Source: a virus (taxonomy: Duplodnaviria; Caudoviricetes). From it: 51,894 nucleotides of DNA. How positions within the stretch are numbered: position 1 is the first letter of the stretch; each line of letters begins with the position of its first letter. The DNA lies in IMG/VR virus record IMGVR_UViG_3300037043_000387, positions 1 through 51,894 of that record. One strand, written 5' to 3'. The notes beneath the pieces were generated by a model that ran no database searches, was not told the DNA's origin, and saw only the letters and a list, made by a program, of their open reading frames with translations. A program made the position numbers and the translations under genes. Shown piece by piece: positions 34,555-46,500 of the stretch.

Positions 34555-37500
34555 ATGGACTGGCTTAACGATATCGTTGCGAATGCGAAGAAGCAGGTTC
34601 TGACCGGCGAGGCTGGAAAAGGAATGGCAGAACTGGAAGCCATGGCGACCTTTACTCCTGAACCAACCAATGCCGTGAAGGAATTCGGCAAGGGCGTGGT
34701 GGCGGGGACTCTTCAGCTTCCTCAGATGGCCGGAGGCCTGGTCAAGGTTGCCGGTGATCTTGTCGGTAGCGAAACCGTGGCTGATATCGGTGAAGATGCG
34801 GTGAACTACTGGGGGGAGAAGACGGCCCCCTATACGCCACGTGTCGGATCGATCGAGGACGTGGAAAACGTCGGTGATTTTGTCGATTATGCGGCGGCCG
34901 GCATAGGTTCTCTGGTCCCGACAGTTGCCGCCTCGATGATCGGGGGCGGTGGCGCAGCGGCGATCGCAGGCAAGTCTGCTCTCAAATCGGCGGCAAAGAA
35001 GGAACTGACAAGGGAAGCTACCGAAGCCCTGGTATCCAAGGCTGTTACCCGTGGTGCAATGGCGGGGGCTGGCTCAACGTCCGCCGGTATGGAGATTGGT
35101 TCCATCGGAGCCGATCAGATGGAGGCCGGGACGGAGGATCCGATAAAGGCGATTCTCTATGGTTCCGTGGCTGGTGCATTGGATATTCTCCCGGTTACCA
35201 ACCTGCTGGCAAAGTTTCCGGCATTCAAGTCCCTGCAAAAGATACCGCTTTTCAAGTCACCAGAAGGCAGGGCGTGGTATACACGCGGCGTTATGGAGGG
35301 CTTTAAACAGTCCGGGATGGAAGGTGCCCAGGAAGCGGCACAGACGATGCTGGAACGGGCTGGTGCCAGTCGGGAAGTATTCAGCGACCAAGGCATGATG
35401 GAGATCCTGAACGCCGGTATCATCGGAGCAATTGGCGGCGGCGTCATGGGTGGCGGCGCTGGTGTGTTGAGTGGCAGGGGTAAGGAACGGGTAACGGGGA
35501 ACGAGGAGAACCTTGAGACTCAGACTCCTGGTCTTAATCCGGCTGCCGTTCAACCGGATCCCTTTTCGGATGCCGGTGATCCTCCTCATCCGGTCGTGGA
35601 TCTGGAGTCTCAGGAAAACCCGGTTTTGCCGGAAGCGCCGAAGGGACCGTTGGCCAGGGCGGCGGAGGCTGCTGGTGCTTCAATTTTTCCGGGGATCGGG
35701 GATGTCGTTCCCGGTTCTGTAACCGCTTCCGTTCCGCCGATTGGGGGGCAAACCTCTGATGAGCTGGTTCTTGATGAAGCCCGTGATTGGGCTGAGGAAG
35801 AAATCAAGGCGGGGAAAACTCATTTGATGCGACAGGTGCGGGAGCACCCGAATTCCTATGCCCTGCGGATTCTGGACTCATTCAAGCGGCGGGCAGAAGT
35901 TCCGGTTGTGAACCAGGGTGAGACAGGGCCGAAGTACGCCAATGTTTCCCTGGTCAATCCCGAAACAGGTATAGCCGAGATGGTGACGCCTGCTGAAGTT
36001 ATGGACCGGCTCAAAACTGGCTGGCGTGCTCCGGAAGCACCGTCAAACACTCCTGATGTAGACATGCTTGGCAGCGTTACGGACGCGGATCGTGGCCTTC
36101 TCCAGTCGGCTCGTGACAGGGCCGGTTACTGGGAACGCGGGTCGATGGATAATGGCCAGACAAATAAGAATGAGCTGTTCCCCTGGTTGAAGGATTGGGG
36201 AAAGACCACTCCGGCAGAGGTGTCCAAGGCTATCGGGAATTTCTTGGAAGGTAAGAATCTGGGCGAAGTGCAGCAAAGGCTGGTTACCGCGGCTCTCCAA
36301 TTTGAGCGGGAAAGCAGGCAGCCAAGGGGTGCAGCTCCGGCGCAGGGTATCGGTGACCTGATAGCCGAACGCAGGGGGGTGAAGGGCGTAGCCAAGGAAC
36401 AGGGGGCAGGGAACAGGGGAAATCTTGAATCTCAGGCCTCGAACCTTGAACCTGCTGTTTTGAAGAAGGCACAACTCTATGCTGAGAAGGCGGGGCTTGA
36501 TCTTGATGGTTGGAGCAATGACGAGATTTCCGATTTTGTCGGCAAATATGACTCGTTTGTTAAGAGTAAGTCCCGGGCGGCGGAACCTATCGCCAGTATC
36601 GGGGATCTTATTGCGCAGCGGCGGGCGATGAATCAGAAGAAGGGGACTCCTGGAATTGAAGCAGGGGCACACGAAGCGGCTACCTCTCCCCTTAATGATC
36701 TTGCAGAACCGAGCGAGGCCCAGGTAAAGGCTGGGAACTACCGGAAGGGCCATGTTTCTATTCAGGGCCTTGATATCTCAATCGAGAATCCGGCGGGATC
36801 CGTCCGTTCAGGAAAGGACCAGAACGGAAAACCGTGGTCTACCGCTATTCATCATCATTACGGCTATATCAAAGGAACTGTCGGCAAAGACAAGGACCAT
36901 ATCGATACCTTCATCGGTGACAAGCCGGAAGGCGATCGCGTTTTTGTTGTCGACCAGATTGATCCAAAGAGCGGCACGTTTGACGAGCACAAGGTGATGA
37001 TCGGCTTTGACTCCAAGAATGAGGCGACTCTTGGCTATTTGCGCAACTATGACGATACCGGACAAACTCGCATTGGTGATGTTTCCGAGATGACGATGGA
37101 TGACTTCAAGGCTTGGCTCAAGAGCGGGAAGACTAAGACGCCGGTTGGGCAGTTGAAAAGGGGGGATGAATCACAAGGCAAAGGAAAGCCGGCGGTGCAA
37201 CCTGCCAATGAGGCAAGGGGAAAGATCGTTGCGAAGCTGAAGGCTAGTGGTGCCGATGAAGCGACGGCCGGTAAGATTGCTGATCTGATTGCGGAAGAGT
37301 ATGCCGGTAAGAAGACGCTGGGGCCTGCCTGGCTGGGTAAGAGGATCAAGGAAGGCTGGATTGATAAATGGAAAGTCCAGACTCAGTTGAAAAGCGGAGG
37401 AAAAGAGCTTGAGGATCTGTCACCTAAAGAAATAGCGGCTCTGCCTGAAGGAAAGGTTGATCATCCGGTTACTGCTGCGCTGAAGGGGAAAGGAGCGGAC

Positions 37501-40500
37501 CTTGATAAACAACAGGGAGAAGCGAAGGAAAAAGCGGAAATAGGTGGGGTATCCGACAAAGAGCTTGACGACAAGGCTGCAAATGAGGCGCTGCGGGAGA
37601 AAGTAGCGGACCTTGGTGAAGCTCGATCCACTTCCACCGATGAAGTGCAGGCCAAGAATAAAGAGAGATTCAAAGAGGCTCAACGGAAACACCTGCGTAA
37701 AAAGATTGCCGAGGCAAGATCAGAGGCGGATAAAACCAGGTTGGCAAAACTGTTGGGGAAACTCCAGGAAAGAAAACAAGAGATTACGGAAAAACCAGCA
37801 ACAAGTATTGATGATGAGGTCAAAAACCTTTCTCTGGACGATCTGTCTGCTATGTTTGATGAGGTTGCCGCCGAGTCCCAACCGAAGGTGGAGACCAGAA
37901 CTGTCGAGCAGGCAACGCCGGGAACATCCTCACGCATGTCGTTGAAAGAGACGGTTCACTCGAAGAAGGGCCATACGCTGTTCGTAGTAACGATGAACGA
38001 GCGGGTAGAGCGGGATGAATACGACCGTCTGAACCGTGACGCAAAGCGGACTGGCAACGGCTATTCGTCGTATCGTGGCCACGGCGCTGTCCCTGGTTTC
38101 CAGTTTCTCGATAAAAGCGCAGCTGAAGAGTTTATGCAGCGGTGGGGAGGCGAAGGCAAAGCTGTAGAAACACTCGATGTCTCAAAAGAAGATCCTCAAC
38201 AGGCCCGGACGGCTACAGAGATACTAAAGGAGGCCGCGAGCCAAGGAATAGAAGGAGTGGGCGATGCTGTTACCGGGCTCTATGAGCTTTTCGGCGGTGC
38301 CGCTCTCAAGTCTTTCCCCGGCGGTCTGGATGAAGCGACCTACAGTAAGGCCAAGCCACATTTTCAAGCGGCTTTCGACAGGTTCCGTGAGGCCGGAAAA
38401 GGGATCAAGGAGTTCTTCCGCTTCCTGATTGAACAGTTTGGCCCTGGTATCAAACCGTATTCCATGAAGTTTGTGGCAGAGTTGCAAGGTAATTCCTTCA
38501 AGGAGCTTAACAAAACGAGGGGAAGCTTGACGGAAAGCGCCTCGAATGATAATATAGTTAATGAGAATAGTACAATCAATGAGGAGGGAACGGACCGTGA
38601 CGACACAGGAAATGGCGGCAATGGCCCGCAAGCACTGGAAAGCGTACCATCCGGAGACGTACCGGGAGATGGAGAAACGCGACGACCTGATAAAAGAGTC
38701 GGAAGCAGCGGCAAAACTGACGCAACGCGAGATGGATACATTGATGACGAGCGGGATGACGGTATCGGAAGCCTGGGAAGCGTCGAAGTCCCTGTTCATC
38801 TTCAGCGACCCGTCGAAGGACTACAACCCGGATTAGAACACGTCCCCACTCCGGCGAGTGAGCCACGCAGCCTGTTCCTTTCCGGAGAAAACCCCGGCAA
38901 TTACCGTATTGCGGAATCGGATCGTATCGGCGAAGGTACCCGGGGCCAACGCATCGACAGTAACATGGCCGCAATCCGGATTGCCAAACAGCTGCAGGCC
39001 GAAGGCCGCTATGCTACCCGTACGGAACAATCCGCTCTGGCCCGTTATGTCGGATGGGGCGGACTGAAGAGCGTCTTCGACCCGACATCAACCAAACCCC
39101 AGGACCAGAAAGCCCGCGCAGAACTGGAAAGCCTCTTGACGAAAGAGGAATATTTCGAGGCTCGACAATCAGTCCTTAACGCCCACTACACCTCACGCGA
39201 AGTTATTGGCGCAATCTATGACATGGCCCGTCATTTCGGGTTTTCCGGTGGGAATGTCCTGGAGCCTACCTTTGGCATTGGTAACTTCATCGGCTTCATG
39301 CCCAGCGAACTTGCTGCCTCTTCCAAATGGTACGGCGCTGAACTTGATCCGATTACTGCCGTAATAGGGAAGCATCTCTATCCCGATTCGCAACTCCTCA
39401 ACGTCGGCTTCCAACAAGCCGAATTCCCCTACAACAAATTCGACCTGGCAATCGGCAATCCACCTTTCGGAGACGAAAGGATTACCGACACCAACAAGCG
39501 ACGCTCTGAAATCGACGGCATGAAGATTCACAATTATGTCATTGCCAAGGCCGGAATGCACCTGAAGCCCGGCAAGTTGATGGCAATGGTGGTGACAAGC
39601 CGCTTCCTTGATACGGCCAACCCGGAGGCCAGGGGACACCTTGCCAAAGATTTTTCTTTCCTGGGCGCTATTCGCCTGCCGAACAACGCATTTGCCAAGA
39701 GTGCCGGTACGGACGTGGTAACCGACCTGGTATTTTTCCGCAAACTCATGCCCGACGAAAAGCCGGATCTTTCCGCTGATTGGCTCACGACCGGAGCGAC
39801 GTTAAACAACGAAGACGGCGAGGCGGTCACTCTCAATAAGTATTTTGCTGAACGTCCACACCTGATGATCGGTAAGCCATCCATGCAGGGGTCAATGTAT
39901 GGCGGTGGAGCCAGGGGGGATCAGTTCACCCTTTCGGCCCGTGAAGGACAAGACACCGGCGCCTATATCGAATCCCTTCTGGGTAAGGATTTTGCCTCAC
40001 TGAAGGATGTCCTGAAAGAGCGGGTGAACGACCAGGCCGAGGCGGCCGCTGTCTCTCTTGAGATGAACCGCGAGGATGTGGGTGTCGGAGGATATGTCCC
40101 TGAAGGCAGCGATGTGTTTATGCGCGAAGATGATGATGCTGACGGCAACCCTGTTTTCGTAAAACTTACCGCGGAGACTCAATGGACGGAAAAGACAAAG
40201 TTGGGTAAGACCCGACTGGACCGGATCAAAGGTATGCTGGAATTACGGGGCCAGACTTACAAGCTGATAGAGATGGAGCGGTTCGACCAGCCCGGGATTG
40301 AGCGACACAGGACACAGCTTAACCGGCTCTATGATGCTTTTGTGAAGGCACATGGCTATATTAATGATTCTGCCAATGCCGGACTTATGGCTGATGATGT
40401 CAAAATTGAATTCGGACTGGAGGTGAATTACCGGAAACCCATCAGCGTATCAAGGGCAAAGTCCATGGGGGTAAAACCGCAAGGGGCAAAGGCGGACAAG

Positions 40501-43500
40501 GCTTCACTCCTGAAAGAAAGGGTTTTCTACCCGCAGAAAGAGATAACTACGGCGGCGAATGCCCGCGACGGCTACGGGATATCCCTTTCGGAAAAAGGCC
40601 GTCTCGATCTGGAGTACATTGCCAGACTGACCGGCAAAGAAAAGAAAGAGGTTATCACTGAACTTGCCGATGAAGGATTGATATTGCAAGATCCCGAGAC
40701 ATTGGAATGGGTACAGGAGGATGAATACCTTTCCGGGAACGTCAAGGCCAAGCTGAAGAGCGTACAGCACCGGGAAGGGTATGAACGCAACGCGGCGGCG
40801 CTGAAAAAGGTGCAACCAAAAGATGTGGCCACGGATGATATCTTTGCCGATCTTGGCTCTACCTGGATCCCCGCCAAGGTGTACGAGGACTTTGCCGATC
40901 TGATGGGAATAAAAGGGGCAAAGGCCCATGTTTCCGATGCAACGGGAACCGTTACGATTGTCGATCATAAAAGCATCAACCAGAACGATATGAACGTCTT
41001 GCTGAAGAATGACGACTATACGATTGCGGAACTGTTCAACTTTATTGCCAACAAAAGGGCGGTGGTCGCCTATGACCATGACTCTGAAGGCAAGCGGTTC
41101 GTAAACAAGGACCGGACAAAGCTTCTCGTTCCTATCGCCAAGCGTTTTACCGCTACCTTCCGTGATTGGATAATGGCGGACCCGATGCGTGCCCAGGAGC
41201 TGACAAAGCTCTACAACGACACCCAGAATACCCATGCGGAGAGGGTCTTCGACGGAAAGCACCTGAAAACCGTAGGGGCTAATCCGGCTATCATCATGCG
41301 AAACACTCAGCGTAATGCAGCCTGGAGGATGATCCAGGCTCCCGTTACGCTATTGGATCATGTTGTCGGCTCGGGAAAGACATATACCATCATCACCGGC
41401 ATTATGGAACGCAGGCGACTGGGTTTGTCGCGGAAGCCGCTGGTGGTTGTGCCGAATCATCTGGTTGGCCAGTGGGCGAAAGACTTTCTCAGGCTCTACC
41501 CCGGGGCGAATATCCTTGCGGCTACGGAAAAGGATTTCAGTAAGCCGAACCGTCGACGGCTGTTCTCCCGTATTGCTACCGGTAATTTTGATGCGGTTAT
41601 TGTCGGACATTCATCCTTTGGCTTTATTCCCTTGGAGCAAGAAACGGAAATCAAGTTTGTGCAGGAAGAGATGGAATATCTCGAAAGGGCACTCTCTGAT
41701 GCTGCCTCTGCAGAGGATAAGCGTACCGTCCGTACCCTTACCAACCGCATAGCCAAGAAGCGGGAGCGTATCGCTCGCTTGCAGAACCGGGACCGGGATA
41801 ACGTAGCCACCTTCGAGAGTATGGGGATCGACCACTTGACCGTGGACGAGAGTCATGAATTCAAAAATCTGGAATACTCGACATCGATGCAGAATGTTAC
41901 CGGCATGGGTTCCCCGGCCGGCGCAAAGAAATCTTTCGACCTCTACGCAAAGATACGTTATTTGCGGTCCGAAGACGGCGCTGTTACTTTTGCCACGGGT
42001 ACACCAATAAGCAATTCGCTGGTGGAGATGTATACCCTGCTCAGGTATTTAAACCTGGAAGGACTGAAGGAGCGCCGACTCGATGCCTTTGACGCCTGGG
42101 CCAAGTCATACGCCGGAATAGAGACGCGCATAGAGTATACCGCTACACAGAAGCTGAAAGAACGCGGCGTGATGGCGGAATTCAATAACCTGCCCGAATT
42201 GTTGCAGCTCTATACAGAATTTGCCGACATTGTTTCCATGTCTGACTTGAAGAGGATTTATGCGGAACAGATCCGGGAGAGCAACCGGGCAACCGGCGCC
42301 AACGAACGGGAAGAATTCCCGGTACCGAAGGTGAAAGATGGTGCCAGGGTTCTGGATATCGCTGATCCGCTTGCCAGCCAGCGGGAATTCATGGACTACC
42401 TGGTTGCCAGGGCAACGAGGCTTGAGCGACTGGGCGGCCAGAACGACCCGAAGATAGATAACCATTTGTGGGTGATGAACGACGCTCGCAAGATGGCGCT
42501 CGATATTCGCCTGGTGGACCCGTTGGCTCCGGCAGATCCAAACAACAAGATTGGCCGGTCTGCTAAAAACATCAAGCGGATTTACGACAAGTGGACTGCC
42601 GACAAGGGAACTCAGCTGGTTTTCTGTGACCTGTCGACGCCTGCGAAGCAATCTGACAAGGATGCAAAGAAGTTTATCAAGGATTCTCTCACGGTTTTAG
42701 CAATGCAAAAGGACACCAGGGTCCAGGCGGTGCTGGATTCTTTGACGTGGCGGGAACAGTGGTCATACCTGAAAAACAGGATGGAAGCAAAGGTTGAGGA
42801 GTTGAATAATGCCCTGCAGGAAAACTCGAACCTTTCCGACGCTGATGAAAAATCTCTGAACAACTGGATGAACGACCTGGAAAAATACCTCGAAGAGGTG
42901 AGCGACGAGGACGAGGCGGCACTCACGACTGCCGACACCGGCTTTTCCGTCTATGACGATTTGAAATCCCAGCTTGTGTCGATGGGTATTCCTGAAAACG
43001 AGATCCGGTTTATCCATGAAGCGAATACGAAAGATAAGAAAGAAGAACTGTTCGGCATGGTCAATTCCGGAGAGGTGCGGGTGCTCCTTGGTTCGAGTAA
43101 GAAGATGGGCGCCGGCACCAATGTTCAAGAACGAGTCGTTGCGCTTCATCATCTTGATGCTCCGTGGCGGCCATCCGATGTGGAGCAGCGTGAAGGCCGG
43201 GCGGTTCGGCAGGGGAATACGCTGTATGACCGTGATCCTGATGGTTTCGAGCTGGAACTGATTGCATATTCCACCGGAAATACTTTTGATGCAGTCATGT
43301 GGCAGGTCTTGGCCCGCAAGGCTGAAATGCTTGAGCAGTTCCGGAGTGGTGTGCGCAGCGTCCAGGAAGGGCAATCGGATGCCGACAGCTACGCAACCTT
43401 TATGGCGGAATCAACCGGGAATCCTGCGTTTAAGGAAAAATACCGGCTGGAGAATGCAATAGAAGAACTCGAAGGGATGCAGAGAAACGTGCAGGCCAGA

Positions 43501-46500
43501 CGAAGCGCGGCAGAGCGGCTGGCCGGACAGAGAGAAGAGCTTACCAACAAGACAAAGCTAGGTATTGACAGGGCGGCTGCGGACCTGGAAGCGGTAGCGG
43601 AAGCTGAGGGGTTTGTTTTTGAAGGCGTGACCTATGCCGAAGATCTGGATGAAGCGCAGGCGGCGGCGAGGGAAGAGTATAACGCTGCATGGGCGATGTA
43701 TGAGAAAGAGCTGAAGGAGCATAATGGTCGTCGCACTGCGGCAATAGAAGCTCAGATGATAAAAGAGTTCGGCTTTGACAAGTACGAACTTCGAGGCAAT
43801 GAGGTTGAGAAGATTGCCATAAAGAAATGGGACGAAGAGCATAAAGCCGAGAAGCCGGTTGCTCCCAAAGAAGTGACCCTGACCGGACTTGCAAAGACCT
43901 CCCAAGCGGCAAAACTCGGTCGTCTCATTGAGAAGCACCTTGATGAAATGGACGAAGGGGAGATTGTTGTAAAGTATGGCGGACTTAACGTGGCCTTCAC
44001 GGTCGACGAGGCGCGGTGGGGAAATAGCAGCTTAAAGAAAGGTGAACGAAAGACCAATGATTATTCAATAACGGTAGGCAATTATTCTGAGTCATATCAG
44101 GCAAAACATCCTTCCTCCAAGGAAATCGTGAGCGTATTGCGGAACGGTGCAATCAAGCGACAGTTAGCAAAAGAGCTTGGAGACGCCAAGAGGCAGGCGG
44201 AATATACCTCTAAATCGATTGCCGATGCAGAGCGGATACTGGATAAGGTGAAATTCAGTGATGCTGCAGAGCTGGAAGAGAAGCGCAGCAGGTATGTGGA
44301 AGTAGTCGAAGAGGTCAACCGGCTGGAAGCGGAGATGGAGACCCGCCGTGAAAACGAGAGTAATCCTTATATTGACAGGGATAGCAGGCGTTTTAGTGGT
44401 TATGACAGGAGATCATCTGCGGCCCAGGTGCAAGAAAGTGGTGCAGCAGGCGAGACAAGATATTCCGTTACTGCCGATCAGCCAACGTATGGACTCCCTG
44501 CTGCCGACATTCAAACCGCATTTGAACCTGTTTACAAGAACATGCCCAATTCCCCGCCCTGGCGAGTAGTCCAGACGACGGCGGAATTGCCGAAGCGGGC
44601 CCTGGATAATGCCGCGAAGCGGGGGATCCCGCAAAGGATGTTGCAGGCTGTCTATCTGGGGAATGAGGTTGTTTATGTTGCTGACAACTTCCGCTCGATG
44701 GAAGAGGCTAAAGAGGTCATTCTGGAAGAGGTTGTTGTTCATCATGGCCTGCGTGGAATCATGGCAAAGGACGCCTACGAAAAGCACATGCTTCAGGCGG
44801 CGCTCTGGTATGCCAATAAGCGCAATGCCGAGTGGAAGGATTTGGCCGAACAGTACAAGTTGGACCTGAAGGACCGGGATGACCGGATTGAGGCTGCCGA
44901 GGAGATGCTGGGCCGTGATGCTCGAACCGGGATGGACTCGACTATCCTTTCCAAGGTAATAGCCGCGGTAAAAGAATTTCTCCGGAGTGTCGGTTGGAAT
45001 GCAGGCTATGGAGACGCGGAGATCCGGGAGCTGCTGGGTAAGGCCCGGAGGTTTGTGGAAGGGAAAGAGCAGGGGGCAGCGGACAGGGAACAGGGGACGG
45101 GGATTGACTACGGTGCCATGCTGCGGATTCTCCGGGAACAGGGTGTTACTGATGATCAGTTGGAGGCGTTTGCTAACTGGCAGCCGGGAGCGGCGAGGTA
45201 TGCGGCCGCGTGGCATGGTAGTCCTCATGATTTTGTTGCGTTCAAGTCGCAGCATATTGGTAGTGGGGAAGGGGCCCAGGCTTACGGGTATGGGTTGTAT
45301 TTTGCCGGGAATAAGGAAGTTGCGGAGTATTACAAGAAGGCAGTGGCAGCGCTGCGCACGAATATGTCAGAGCTTGCTGAAACATTAAAAGGGGTGGACT
45401 CGGGAGCGTACAGTCTTATAGAGAAAGCACTTACAAAAGATGATTTTCATGGGACGGGTCCGTTAGCAGTAGGAAGTATTGTACAGTCTTTAATGTCCGG
45501 GCAACCATCAATGAAAGTGGTTAATCTTTTAGGAGAAGATTTCAAGCGTGTATATGACGCGGTTGACTCATTGCCGTCGAAAGGAAAACTCTACCACGTT
45601 GAACTAGCACCGTCTGAGGATGAGTATCTTCTTTGGGATAAACATCTCTCTGAGCAGAGTGAGAAGGTGAAGGCGGCGATTGCAAAGGGCATCAAGAATC
45701 ATCAGGATGAAGTCCAGAAAGATTTAATGTCTTACTATGCTGAGGAGAATAAAGATAAAGCTGTAGGAGGAACTTTTTATAAGACATTGACGAGTATGTT
45801 GGGAGATGGCACTTCCACCGATGGGCGCAAAGAAGCGTCAGAATACCTCCATTCCCTCGGCATAAGAGGAATCAAGTACCTTGATGGAACAAGCAGAAAC
45901 AAGTCTGGTTATAAAATAATGTGGGAGAACGGTCAGACATCGTTTGAGCATGATAAAGCAGTGGCTGAGAGTGTCGCTAAAACCTTCGAGGCAAAATATG
46001 GTAAAGCAACTATAACCCCTGATGATAGGGGTGCTGACTACAACTACGTCATTTTTGATGAGTCTGATGTTTCCATCACAGCAAAGTTCGCCTTGGCCCG
46101 TCTTGAAGACGTAAAAGGCCAGATCGTTGACAAGGGTGTTTCCCTCAATACCAGCGAACGCGAGGTTCTGGAAGCGGATAAGGCGAAGGCCATTGAGGCA
46201 ATCGAAACCACTGTACGGGATTACGACGAGCCGGGCCGGTTACTGTTCCGGGCGTTTTACGAGGCCGATCAGCATCAGAGTCCCGGCGTGGTTCCGTTTA
46301 ATCCGGATCGTGGACATTTTGCGGCTGGTGAGGATCTTCGGGGATCCTGGTGGACAACCTCCTACGCCACTGCCCAGGAGATAGCCTGGAGCAAGGGGCG
46401 AGATGGCCGGACCGTGAAAATTGTTGCGCTGCCGGTTGATAAGCTGCCAGCTGGTAGGGTATTTATCCAGAACACGAACCCGCCGGGCTTTGTCTATGAT

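Noticed and set aside
46127-46384. Further nested genes behind TTGACA at 46127 and 44372
   Set aside because: No convincing -10 box at the right spacing, no RBS, and the alternative-frame ORFs look like noise.
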